In this document: piece after piece, positions 12,406 through 25,012 of the stretch | Layout: each line of letters begins with the position of its first letter | How positions within the stretch are numbered: position 1 is the first letter of the stretch | NCBI RefSeq assembly: GCF_963921235.1 | Contig: NC_086097.1 | Location: forward strand, 15,190,001-15,254,000 | DNA from: Mobula hypostoma | Lineage: Eukaryota | Length of the DNA: 64,000 nucleotides | Direction: 5' to 3' | Position numbers and translations under genes: made by a program | The notes under the pieces: generated by a model | The model's input: only the letters and a program-made list of their open reading frames with translations | Databases searched by the model: none | What the model was told of the DNA's origin: nothing

Positions 12406-13032
12406 AACCCTGCAAAAATAACTCACTGATGTAAATTGAATTCAGCCAGGTGAAACCCACTGCACAATCAAAGTCTCAAGTTCCAGCCTTCCCCTTAACC
12501 CATGTACACTCAGCTGGATCTGAGTCAGAATGTGACAGGATGATCATCACTGGTGCCAACGATGATGACAGTGGGCTTGTGGGCCACACAAAGCATTGGT
12601 TAGATAGATACCGGCACTGTCAGTTTACCAGTCAGAAATGTAAGTTCCTGGGTGGAATGGGGAGCAAACCTACACCCTTTGGGATCACCAGCCATCCAAA
12701 CACACCCCCCTGCACTGATTACAGTGGCCAGGAGATACTGGCGCGCTCCCCATATTCAAATCGGCACAGTTTGCGGGATTTCTGTACAGATTTGTGGATG
12801 TCAGCTGGCGACAGGATTAGGCTGCTCTATAGTAATCCTGCAGCAGCTAATCCTGCCAATCTTCATTGTCTAGACTCATGGATCAGACGCTGACACCTAG
12901 TGACGGATTGAGCCTCCTGCCAAGGTATTGGAATTGTTAGGTACAACACACTCTGTACATGCAGTAGGAGAAGTGGATAATTTTGAGTAAAATTGGGAAA
13001 AGCTGCTGTCCCTTTCAAATCATTCTGAATAA

Positions 13033-13037
<5 letters not shown>

Positions 13038-13063
<26 letters not shown>
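13038..13063. repeat. (GT)n microsatellite
   Basis: Pure GT run. Confidence 0.95.
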
Positions 13064-13429
13064 CACGCGCATGCACATGAGGAGCAGCAGACTTCTATCA
13101 AATAGAAAAAGGCCACAGCATCATTCAGAGAGAGTGAGAGAGCTCCCTGGCCAATACCCAAACCTCAAACAACACCTACGAAGCAGAGTGTTTGTTCGTT
13201 ATCACACTGCCGCTACACACAAACAGCTAAGCCATTTTGTCTATCATATTGGCTGTAAGCTGCTATGAAGGCAACGTAATTCAGGCTAAGTCCTATCTAA
13301 AAATACATCACAGACACTTTTAGTGTCAAAGCTCAGGAGTGAATAATGACCACTTTGGCATGTTTGCCCAAGGTTGCGTGTAGGCCTTGGAATGGCATCC
13401 AGTGTGGGTGGTGCCATGGCAGAAGGTAA

Positions 13430-15212
13430 AGAAAGGCACATGTTCCTGTTTACATCAACAGTGCTGAGGCTTCAAGCTCCTTGGAGTAAACATCACCCAT
13501 ATCTTGTCCTGGTCCGACTATATTGACTTAGCAGCCAAGAAAGTTCACCAATGCCTCTACATCCTCAGGATGATAAAGGAATTTGCCATGTCCCCTTCAA
13601 TCCTCGTCAACGTTTATCAATGCCCCATAGAAACCATCCTGTCTGGATCAATCACACCTTGGTAGGACAGCTGTCTATCTAAGACGGCAAGGAATTGCGG
13701 AGAGTTGTGGACGTAACTCGGCACGTCACAGAAACACGTCTCCCTTCCTCTCTTCTCACTGCATTGGTAAAGACCCCACCCACTGCAAACAGTCTCTCTT
13801 CTTCCCCCTCCATCGGACAGAAGATACAAATGCCTTAAGGACAGATTCTCTCCTGCCATTATAAGACTACTGAACAGTTCCCAAGTACGATAAGATGGTC
13901 TCTTGACCTAACAATTTACTTTGTTATGGCCTCACAGCTTATAGTCTGCCTGCACTGCACCTTCTTGTAACTGTTCAACTTTATTCTGAACTCCGCTATT
14001 GCTTAACCTTGAATTACCTCGATATACCGTTGATTCCCTAAGGTTGTCATAGCTGGTGGGGTAGTGGGGATAAGCTCCCAATGGTGTGCAAATCAAATAG
14101 CCTCTGATGACCAAGTCCAGCTCCTGGCCTTCGTGTGTGGCTATTGAGCTCGGCAGAACTGTCTCTGGACAAGGGGCAAAGGCGGGCTACTGGTGCCTTA
14201 AAACCAGTCACTTTGATCATATTACTGTGATTTAAATGTAATGTAATTCGTATTATTTACTTGTACCCTTATGAATTTTGTATTTGTATTCTTGTAATTT
14301 ATATTACATCAATAAAAATATTGAAAAAGAAAACCAGTCAACAAACTCATTCGTAAGGCCAGTGATGTTGTGGGGATGGAACTGGACTCTCTCACGGTGG
14401 TGTCTGAAAAGAGGATGCTGTCCAAGTTGCATGCCATCTTGGTCAATGTCTCCCATCCACTACATAATGTACTGGGTGGGCACAGGAGTACATTCAGCCA
14501 GAGACTCATTCCACCGAGATACAACACAGAGCGTCATAGGAAGTCATTCCTGCCTGTGGCCATCAAACTTTACAACTCCTCCCGTGGAGGGTCAGACACC
14601 CTGAGCCAATAGGCTGGTCCTGGACTTATTTCCTGGCATAATCTACGTATTACTATTTAACTATTTATGGTTTTATTACTATTTATTATTTATGGTGCAA
14701 CTGTAACGAAAACCAATTTCCCCCAGGATCAATAAAGTATGACTATGACTATGAGTATGCAGATGGGGCTCGTCAGCCGTGGCTGGCAACTCATCTAGGA
14801 GACAGGAAACTCTGATCTCAAACCGCCATGACCTTGCAGTTATACCCACTCATGGGGAAGGCTACGGGAGTAAATGCCAAGGAAAAATCCGGAGCTGGAG
14901 TCCCTAGGGTAGTCCTACGCGGAGTCCAATGCTGACTGGCAACCCCAGCAATGCCATTGGTGTCAAACTGTATAGATCTTTGCCATTCCCTTGGATTCAT
15001 CAGCTGCGTGGAGAGCGGGTGCCTGCTGCATGGACAAAGCTCGCTCTGCAGATCGTGCTGCCCCGACTTCCGTAGACGGTAAGGATACAGCGTCCACGGT
15101 TGACGCCAGTCAACTGAGGCCCTATTGCCGTTGTAATGAATAGTTCTGTATGAGTGGTATGCAAGTCACGTTTCCCACTGTACCCCAGTATGTGACTTTA
15201 ATAAACCAATTT
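13430..15212 (+). mobile_element. Nested cluster: Rex-Babar LINE containing an RTE-like non-autonomous element, an L1-like tail and a second Rex-Babar fragment
   Basis: Outer Rex at 13430-14030 resumes at about 15128; RTE-like element at about 14032-14216 and 14757-15127; AT-rich tail 14211-14329 between AAAACCAGTCA repeats; inner Rex 14341-14755 (LHAILVNVSHPLHN...RHRKSFLPVAIKLYN, (GACTAT)n tail). Confidence 0.7.
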
Positions 15213-15946
15213 GGAAAACTAAAAGGAAGATAGATTATTCCACTTTAAATACTAAAAGGGCTTCAGTGGAAAATTCATTTATCGAACTTGAATCTATAAA
15301 GGGAAATCTGGATAGTGTCTCCTGGAGTTAATGTTAGGTATGTACGTACATGAATTAGCATTGGGTACTGTAGATGACCAACTGGAGGGTAATGGAATTG
15401 CCTCTGTATCCCTGAGATGGGATGTCAAATGCAGAGGTTCAGTTTGATCTGTGGGTGGCAGCAGGTCATCTATGCCTAGCTGAAGTTTGACAGTTACAAA
15501 TTATCTCCCATTTAATTAAATGCAGCCCATTATTCCTCTTGTCAAATCTATTTATACTAACTCAGATACAACCTAACCTAGGAACCATAATGAGCTAGCT
15601 TACTGGTTCAAATGCAAAGTGTGATCTATCCAGAGTTCTCCACAGCAAGTGCACTGGACATAAGTGCTTCTTAGACAGATTGCCATCATCCGGGACACAA
15701 ATGGCTGGCGTGCTTCCCCTCCTTCCACTTCTAACTGATGTGTGCATTACTGAACAGAAATTCATCAGGGTTTCTTTCACCCCTCTTCCCAAAGTTGGAT
15801 CAAGTTCAAGTTTATTGTCTTTCAGCCATATATGTGTACTGTATATTGCCAAATGAAACAAAGTTCCTGTGAATCAAGGTGCACAACACAGTACATATAA
15901 CTCACACACACAACACATAAAAGTAATGTTACCACAATTAATACCT

Positions 15947-16230
15947 GGCACAGTAACATAGTGGTTTGCACAAGGCTTTACCAACTTCAACTTCAATTTC
16001 CTGCTGCCTCCTGCAAGGAGTTTGTATTTTCTCCCCGTGACCATGTGGGTTTCCTCCGGGTGCTCTGGTTTCCTCCCACAGTCCAAAGACGTGCCGGTTG
16101 GTAAATTAATTGGTCATTGTGAATTGTCCCATGATTAGGCTAGGGATAAATCAGGGGATTGATGGACAGTGTGGTTCAAAGGGTCAGAAGGGCCTATTCT
16201 ACTATATCTCAATAAAAACAAAGAAATAAA
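15947..16230 (+). mobile_element. HE1/V-SINE-like SINE
   Basis: Same family as 2335-2627 (CCGTGACCATGTGGGTTTCCTCCGGGTGCTCTGGTTTCCTCCCACAGTCCAAAGAC). Confidence 0.85.
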
Positions 16231-16419
16231 TTAACCTAATTTGCAGAGAGAAAAATACCTTTGTCTCAGTCCTGAGTAAGGTCTCTATAATCTGAGCAGA
16301 AGGAACATCCTCACAGTGTTTACCCTGTCAATGCCCCCTTCAAACCTTCTCAGTCTTCTTAAACCATCGTAAACTTCCAGTTGGATCCACCTAAGCACCG
16401 AGCCAATTTGGAAGGGTCG

Positions 16420-16940
16420 AGTATGGGCCAGTCCAGAGTGTGTCACTGCGGCAGTGCCCGGGTCTGAGTGCAGGGGGGTGACCCAGTGCTTGGGCAATTT
16501 AAACACTGGACCAGATGAACTGAAAAGGCAGAGAGTCAGGACTGGAAGTGAGGGTCAGGGCCAGTTCTGCTCCACGACCTTATACTCCGCTCTCCTCGGT
16601 GCTAAGATTGAGGCTGTGTTGTGCCTCGGCTGCTTTGGACTTAGTGTCTGTGAGCTTGGCAGCAATTTGCCCCACTGTGTGATGAACTGAGGCTGAGGCT
16701 GTGGGCCTACCCCGGCTGCTCTGGGCTTCGGGTTTATGGACTCAAGTTTGTTTCTCAAAACTGATGCTTGCTTTATTGTTCACACGATTTGTTTTTTCTC
16801 TCTCTGCGCATTGGGTGTTGGTGTTTTTTAAAATTGGTTTCTTTCTGGTTTCTTGTTTTGTGGTTGCCTGTAAGCAGACAAATCTCAGGGTTGTATAATT
16901 TATACATACTTTGATAATAAATATGCTTGGAACTTTGAAG
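16420..16940 (+). mobile_element. Non-autonomous retroelement with a Rex-type 3' tail
   Basis: Non-coding body ending in AATCTCAGGGTTGTAT...TACTTTGATAATAAA...GAACTTTGAA, the tail also seen on the Rex copy at 21370-21440. Confidence 0.6.
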
Positions 16941-17309
16941 CCCAATAGGTCCCCTGTTCACAAGCCAGTGGGAGTAATACTGATGTCTAGCAAGCCTTGA
17001 CATTAAGTTGTGATGACAGGAAACTGTCATGTGATTTGATATAATTCAGAATTCAGAGAATGCGAACAACCATAAAATTATTATTTACAAAAAGACATGG
17101 TTTACAACACCCAACAGCTCGCCATCAAACTAAAACTAAAACTGAACAATCAGGATCATAACTAGGCCGCAAGATTCGATTACTTTGGAGGCTCAAGACT
17201 CATGGGTTCTATGGTGTTTCTTCGTTTTGTGCCAGTCTACAAGAAGCTGAATCTCAAGGTTGCATCCATACTTCAATAATAAATGCACTTTGTACTTTGA
17301 ACTTTATTA

Positions 17310-17605
17310 CTTCCCTTGGGACCCCTCCTCCTTCCTTTTCTCCTATGATCCCCTCTCCTCTCCTATCAGATTCTTTCTTCTCCAGCCCTTGACCTTTCTC
17401 CTGCTAGCCTCCTTCCTCTTTATTCCTCCTCCCCCACCTTTTTATTATGCCATCTTCCCCCTTCCTTTCCAGTCCTGAAGAAGGCTCTTGGCCCAAAACA
17501 TTGACTGTTTATTTATTTCCATAGATGCTGCCTGATCTGCTGAGTTCCTCCAGCATTTTGTGTGTATTGCCTTGGATCTCCAGTACCTGCAGATTTTCTC
17601 GTGTT
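17310..17605 (+). mobile_element. Penelope-derived terminal repeat with hammerhead-like core
   Basis: Pyrimidine-rich tract, then CAGTCCTGAAGAAGGCTCTTGGCCCAAAACATTGACTG, then GATGCTGCCTGATCTGCTGAGTTCCTCCAGCATTTTGTGTG; the same unit follows the GIY-YIG-type remnant at 59680-60187. Confidence 0.75.
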
Positions 17606-19892
17606 TGAACTTTTGAACTTTGAGGTATTTAAAATAAATAAATCAAAAGATGGCCTACTCTTTTCCTCTCAAGAATAAGCATGCGTTTCACTTCTGTTTC
17701 TCCTGCTGCTAATGCTGTACTGCTTTGCAATGTCGGTCGATTAGATAAAAATCCAATATGTCACCATTAGTAAAGGCAGCATCAAAGGCATCAAGGTCAT
17801 ACAGACAATGAGATCTGATTGGTTGCCTGCAGCCAATAAACTAGTCACAGCACTGCCACTGACACTGAGCCTGCGGGCCTTAGCAGACCAATGACTGTAA
17901 TAAATGAGGCCTTTCCCTTCATCCTGACATTTTTGCACATCTCCACGGGATTGATGAGGTTCAGGCCGATGGCTGAGGGAGAAATTGATGAGCAACTTCT
18001 TTAGGTTAAATCCAAAACTTACCTTGCTAAATAGATACATATATTTAATTTAAAGACAGTGATATATTTTTGTGAGGTGGCTGATCAAAATGTTTTAAGG
18101 CGGGGTCAGTACGCAACCTTTGACCTCGTAAATCAGAAATGCGTTAATAAAAAGATACAAAAGGGGTAGTTCAAGGATAAAAGTTATCCCAGAAACGGAT
18201 ACAATATTAGAGTTATAGGGTCATAGAAAACTGATACAGGCCCTTTGGCCCATCTAGACTGTGCCTAGTCCTATCGATCTGCACCCAGATCATAGCCCTC
18301 CATACCCTTCCCATCCATGTAACTATCCAAATTTCTTTTAACTGTTTAAGTCGAAATTGTATCCACCAGTTTCATTAGTTTCATCGCTACAAGATTGTTT
18401 GTTATTAATAAAGGATTGAATACAATTCTTCAACTTTTTAAACATTAGTATTGGATTGGATCAGAAGACGCATCATACAGGATAACTCTCCGTGCTTGGT
18501 CTGTTTGAGGTTGTCCAAGCAGCCTCTACGCAGGATCACAAGAGGCTGCACAGGGTTGCAGACCCAGTCAATTTTAACTGCTCCCTACCATCGAAGATAT
18601 TTTCTAGACTTAGTGCCCCAAGAAAGTGGCCCCCATGGTGAAGTATGTTCACCATCTGGGCCATGCCCTCTCCTCTTCCCATTCGTATCATTGGGGGAGA
18701 GGTGCAGGAGCCTCAAAAGCCACGCTCAATGATTCTCAATCTTCCCTCCGCCATCACATTTCTGTATGGTCTATAAACGCATTAAAGTTATTCTTTATTG
18801 TTTACACTTTTTCTTTTCTAAATTATAGTGATTTCACGCATTGTACCACTGCTGCAAAGCTACAAATTTCACACTATATAAGACAGTGATCATGAATCTG
18901 ATTCTAAGTGCAGTGTGTTTAAGAAATCCATTCATGAGTGGGAAGTATCCAGGAGAAGTTTGTCTCATCTACAGAGCAGGGTGGAAAAATGAAGCTAGCC
19001 AATGCTTTCCTTCTCAGTGCACATGTGAGTGCCTCATGGCTTCTTCAACTAACATCCACCATCCTGCCTTTCTACATAATATTTTGCTGGAGATATAAGA
19101 AAGGAAATTTTTTTATGGGACATGGGCTTTGCTGGTGAGGTCAATATTTAGTATCTATCCTCAGGAGTGGTAAGCTGTTTTCCAGGATCACTGAGGTTCT
19201 TCCAGTGAAGTTGGTGGGAAGAAAGGTTCAGGACTGGCACCAAGGAATGATGAAGGAAGGTCAATAAGGAGTTCTGGTAGATTGGGACACTTAGGAGGCT
19301 TGCTACAACATTTCTGAAAGTAGTTCATAGCCAAACAACCTCATCATTGTGGGTCCAAGTCCGACCAGGTAAGAATGCAGACAGGATCAGACGATTGGAT
19401 CTCAACAGATTTTCATAGTTACCATTTCTGGTTCTGGTTAATCTCCAGGTTCTTAAATGAACAAAATTTAAATTCTGTATCTGCTGCAGTGGGATTTTAA
19501 CTACAGTCTTCACTCCAGAGTTCCACCAATGCTGCCATTCCCAAAATCTATGTTGCTATCAGAGCCACAGATCAAGAAAATACCAATGCTAATTTTTGTG
19601 AATCAAACTTTCTGATAAAGGGTTAATCAAAGGGTTCACCTGTCCACTCAGGGGAGCAGCCTGCTTACCCTTCAATAAATATCACTATACCTAGATATCA
19701 GGTTCCTATTTCTGAGAGATTTCAAACAGTGACTGTACTTGAAAACAATTTTAATGCATGTCTAATGCTTTGGGAGGTTCCAAGATTGGGAGCAGCACTA
19801 CAGAAGTTCTGCCTTTCCTTTGCAAGATGCCAAAGAGTTCTATAGCACAGCCTTTGGCCCACTATATTCATGCCAACAGTTTTGCCCATCCA

Positions 19893-20107
19893 CACAGCCG
19901 AAACAACTAGCTCTGAAAATGGATGGTGCTGGAGCATCTGGCCCATACCTGGCTGCTGCCGGCAGTCAAGGTAGGAAGCCCACAGTGACTATGCCACGAC
20001 GAGTAGGAGGGACGCTGCTTTGAGCATGGAATCCTAGGGTGCGCGCCTGGGTGGGACCACTGCAGGAGCAGATCCTGGTGGTAGTAGCAAATATTCAAAC
20101 GAGAACT
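19893..20107 (+). pseudogene. 28S (LSU) rRNA-derived fragment
   Basis: GCCGAAACAACTAGCTCTGAAAATGGATGGTGCTGGAGC...GACGAGTAGGAGGG...CAGATCCTGGTGGTAGTAGCAAATATTCAAACGAGAACT matches conserved vertebrate 28S sequence as I recall it, with many CpG-type substitutions. Confidence 0.9.
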
Positions 20108-20147
20108 GCATTGGATTGTACCCTTCAATGCCTTGTGAAGTGTCTCA

Positions 20148-20420
20148 TTATTACTTACTTACTGCTCAATATGGCACTGGCGTTTAAGAGGGCAAATGAA
20201 GGTCCTTGGCCATTTTCTCCATTGTGCTCCAGGTGAGGTTCAGGGTCTTCACTTCTGCCTCTATGGTACGGCACCAAGTTGTCTTTAATCTCTCACATTT
20301 CCTCCACCCTTCACGCATCCAATGAAGTGCTGTCTTGATGATTGTGTTGTCCTCTCTTCTCACTACTTGCCCAATCCATCTCCAACATTTCCTCATGATG
20401 ATTGTGGCCATGTCCTCTCG
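20148..20420 (-). mobile_element. RTE LINE 3' fragment
   Basis: ORF 20184-20411: WRWIGQVVRREDNTIIKTALHW..EGWRK...KTTWCRTIEAE (RTE ORF2 C-terminus); (TAAG)n tail. Confidence 0.85.
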
Positions 20421-20749
20421 ATGACTCTGAAGGACCTGGGCGTGATTGGAGATCTTTTTTGGCCCGGAACATCAACTGTTCATTCATCTCCATAGATGCT
20501 GTCTGACCTGCTGAGTCTCTCCAGTATTTTGTGTGTGCGGTGCTCTGGATTTCCAGCATCTGCAGACTTCCTTGTGTTTATGATCTCTTCTTCCCTGTTC
20601 ATCTGCCTATCTCAGCTACGTGGAGTGGCCAGTTATAGGTGACAGAAAAATGTTGTAGAGACAGAAAATCAAAACTATAGAGCAAAACTATTGTAAGCAG
20701 GATGTGTCGGGGGACTGAAGAATCAATCTTACAGCCCTCAATGGAGCAG

Positions 20750-21440
20750 AGTAATTACAAAAAAGCACATCAGTGCCTCTACTTCCTTAGGAATTTGCGG
20801 ATATTCAGGATGACATCTAAAACTTTGACAGACTTCTACCATGCAGTGGAGAGTATATTGACTGCCTGCATCACAGCCGGTACGGAAACACCAATGCCCT
20901 TAAATGGAAAGTTCTATAAAAAGAAGTTGATATGGCCCAGTCCTTCACAGGTAACACTCCCAACCATTGAGCACATCTACCTGAAACACTGCTGCAGGAA
21001 AGCAGCATCCATTATCAGGGACCCCCACCACCCAGGACATGCTCTCTTCTTACTGCTGATATCAGAAAGAAGGTACAGGAGCCTCAGGACCCACACTACC
21101 AGATTCAGGAACAGTTATTACCCCTCAACCATCAGGCTCTTGAACCAAAGGGGAAAACAATACTCAACATCACTTGCCCCATCATTGAAATGTTCCCTCA
21201 ACCTATGGACTCACATTTATTGCTTGTTTGTTTGTTTGTTTGTTTATTTACTATTTATATTTGCACAGCTTGTTGTCTTTTGCACTCTAGTTGAATGCCA
21301 AAGTCAGTGTGGTCTTTCATTGATTCTGTTACAGTTATTATTCTATAGATTTTTTGAGTATGCCTGCAAGAAAATGAGTCTCAGGATTGTATATGGTGAC
21401 ATATATGTACTTTGATAATAAGTTTACTTTGAACTTTAAA
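20750..21440 (+). mobile_element. Rex-Babar LINE 3' fragment
   Basis: KKAHQCLYFLRNLR...AVESILTACITA...KAASIIRDPHHPGHALF...RFRNSYYPSTIRLLN; TTTGAAC tail. Confidence 0.9.
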
Positions 21441-23374
21441 AGGTCATGGAGCTGAAATATTAACACTTTCTTTTTACTCCTTGGTAATAGTGAGACGTCC
21501 TTCTATACTTGCAAGATACCTACAGAGAGTATTTTCAGCTGTTCAAAATGAGGATGATGTACCATTGAGCAAGGGGAAATGTCACACTGGGAAAATAAGC
21601 ATTGACAGCTCATTTCCTGATGCATAAGCCTGTGGAGGACAGGCTGGAGGAGCTTTAGTTGGCATTCTCTTGTAGTATCCCGCAGTTGAAACAAAGTGTC
21701 TGTAAAATGAAATCGGCGGTATCACAGATCGAAAATCCTTTCACAATGATAAGCTGGGTGAAGCAAAGCATGCATTCACTCCAGTTCGGATATTCTCGAC
21801 ATTGTCTATCCGTCTTCAAAGTTGGCTGACAGATCCAAATATGACGGGGCATCTTATTCCTTAATGCAAGTAACCCACTGAGGGAAAAATAGTGTCCATT
21901 TATAATTGGGCGGCAGGAATGTTAGAGCTGAAGCCACATAAAAGCATAATGTTTTGAATATATTCAGACAGCTGCCATGTTACCTACAATTTTGTGGCAG
22001 CTTTTGTGTGCATGATTGGCGAGTGAATGGATATCCCTGAGGCACATTGTTCCCTTACAGTTTATTATCTTCTGACCATGGCCAGTAATTTCAATACCCA
22101 AGGGATTATTATTCACACACATGGAAGGAGAGAGGCAGAGAAAGAAAGACTTGCAGTTCTACTTCACCTTTCACTGCTTCATCACATCATCCTGCAATTT
22201 ATCTTTAATGACAGACTTATGATCCCTGCAATACAGGAAACCTGATCGCTATTTTATGTACAGCAAAATCCCACGAAAAACAATCTGAAAATGGAATCAA
22301 TCTGTGTTGGTAATTTTGACTGCGGGATTTGTGTTGCCCGCGGCAACTGGAATAAAGTGTGAGAGACGTATCCCTTAAAGTGCAGAGAAATTTCTCCTCT
22401 TGTAGTGAGCAAATCTCTGAAATTCTCTGACCCCCAGCCAATTAGGAATATTTCAGGTGGAGATAGAGAATTATTTGAAAGATCAAGAAATTGAAGGCTA
22501 TGAAATAGCACAAAAGAGAAGCTGAGGTCAGCTATGATCACCTTGAAAGGCAGGGTAGGCTTGAGGGCCTAGTGGTCTACTTCTTGTGTTCTTGTCCTCC
22601 ATTGGCTGTGGAGGACAAGTCATTGGGTACATTTACAGCAGAGATTGATAGATTCTTGATTTCTAAAGGATGAGAGAGGAGGGAGGAGAATGAGGTTGAG
22701 AGGGAAAAAAAATCAACCATCTTTAGGAGCTGGAACAGACTCGAGGGGCCAAATGGAATGATTCTGCTCCTACGTCTATGGTTTTCAGATGTTCTGGGTG
22801 CAAATTTTAAATTTTTCATTATGATGTTGGGCATCTACAGGGAAAAAAAAGTTTTACAAATACCTCTTTCTGGATTCAAAAATTACTGAGTCCAGAGGAG
22901 CTCCTTGAGAGGGGTTTACCTGAAACCCTCTCACTTTTTACTCAGGACACTGAATGTCACTGGAAACTGGTTCATTCATGAGTAAAGACATAGAGCGGGA
23001 GTTGAAAGGTAGTCCAGATGTTCTGTTGGTACATCATTAAGAAAGTAATCAGGTGTCCTTATAAATAATTTATGACAAGGTTGTTTGTGGTATTTCATTA
23101 ATTCTATTGTATTTCCTTGTTCTACTGTGAATGCCTACAAAATAATGAATCTCAGGGCCGAATGTGAAATATATATGTTTTCATAATGAATCTACTTTGA
23201 ACTTTGTACATACACCCATCCGTCTGCAACACAGAACCAGACAGGCCCTCACGATAGCAACCTACATCCATTTTGATCACTTTGCAAGACGATGGGCTTT
23301 GCTCTTTTCGTTCTGATTGTGTTATTTCTTGTAAAATTCGTGTAGCCCTACTTCCATAATGACACATCCGTCCT

Positions 23375-24408
23375 CATTGAGGATTCAGCAGCGGAAAAGG
23401 TGAGCAGTTTCGAATTCCTGGGTGTCGGCATCCCTGAGGATCTATCACAGGCCCAACTTTTGATACAATTACAAAGAAGGCACAACAGAAGCTATATTTC
23501 ATTAGATGTATGAGAAGAACTGGTATGTCACCAAAGACACTTGGAAATGTCTACAGATGTATGGTGGAGAGCAATCTAACTGATTGCATCACTGTCTGGC
23601 ACGGAGGGGCCACTGCACAGGAATGTTACAGAGTCAGCCATCTCCATCATGGGCACTAGACTCTCCAGCATCGAGGGCATCTTCAAAAGGCCTCAAAAAG
23701 GTGGTACCATCATTAAAGACCCCCATCACCCTAGCCATGCCCTTTTCTCACTACCACCATCAAGGAAGAAGTGCAGAAGCCTGAAGTCACACACTCAACA
23801 TTTCAGGTACAGCTTTGCCATCAGTTTTCTGAATGGACAATGAACCCATGCATACTACCTCAAATTTTTTTTTCTTATTTTTGCTCTCTTTTGCACTATT
23901 TACTTAATTTATATACATAAAATTATGAATATTTCTTATTGTAATTAATAGTTTTTTAAAAATTATGTATGCACTGCATTGCTGCCAGCTGTGGTTGGCA
24001 ACTCCTCTAAGAGAAGGAAAACTCAGATCTCAACCCTCCGCTGCCTTGCAGTTACACCCACTCCTGGGGAAGGCTTCGGGAGTAAATGCCGAGGGAAAAA
24101 TGCAGAGCTGGAGTCCCTAAGGCAGTCCTGCATTGAGTTCAACACTGACTGGTAACTCCTGCGAAGCTGCTGGTCCCAAACTCTATTGGTCTCTGCTGTT
24201 CCTTTGGATTCATCAGCTGTGTGAAGGCGGGGAGCCTGATGCTGCTCTTCATATCATCGTGCCCAGCCGGCATACTAGCTTGCGTGTGCACAGACAGCTA
24301 GAATGCAACATCCAGTGTTGGCCCCGTCCAACAAAGGCTTCACACACTGCCACAAAACAACAAATTTCATGACACGTGCCAGAGATATTAAACCTGATTC
24401 TGATTCAG
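23375..24408 (+). mobile_element. Rex-Babar LINE fragment with a nested RTE-like non-autonomous element (about 23985-24340)
   Basis: IIKDPHHPSHALFSLPPS motif and (TGATTC)n tail; the insert is homologous to 14775-15120. Confidence 0.8.
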
Positions 24409-24616
24409 AATCTCACAAGTGGGTTTATACTACACAGGAGAAGTTTAATATGATGGATTGATAAAGCTACTGCGATGGGCGTTGAAGAGGCGAAGGAGGA
24501 GAAGTGTGGTTGATGAGGAAAGAATGGTCAGTGACATGACGATGATGGAGCCAGGCAATTTATTGGGCGACAGGGCTGCTGGCAAAATGATTAAGAGTTG
24601 GGTGGGGCATGTTGGG

Positions 24617-24890
24617 TAGGGTGGCACAGGAGCGTAGTTGTTAGCACAATGCTTTACAGTATAGGTGACCTGGGTTCATTTCCCACTGCTGCCCGTAAGG
24701 AATTTGTACCTTCTCCCTGTGACCACATGGGTTTCCTCTGGGTGCTCCGGTTTCCTCCTGCAGTCCAAAGATGTACTGGTTGGTAGGTTAATTGGTTATT
24801 GTAAATTGTCCCATGATTAGGCTAGGATTAACTTGGGGAATTGCTGGACAGCGTGGCTCAACGTGGCTATATCTCAATAAGTAAATAATC
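24617..24890 (+). mobile_element. HE1/V-SINE-like SINE
   Basis: A/B-box-like head and the same central domain as the other copies. Confidence 0.85.
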
Positions 24891-25012
24891 AATGGGGCTA
24901 AAATGCGAAATTTATCCCGCAGGATCCGTAGGCTGCTGCTACAACTGGATGGGGTAAAAAGCTTGCTATACATTACATCAATGAGGACTTTAGAGGATTA
25001 AGAAAATTATAC

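Noticed and set aside
12450..12893. 147-aa plus-strand ORF
   Set aside because: No recognisable domain, non-ATG start and no convincing exon boundaries.
15604..15749. Minus-strand exon-like segment with a GTAAGC donor
   Set aside because: Phase 0 entry begins with TAA and a phase-1 exit has an in-frame stop, so it does not fit the host frame.
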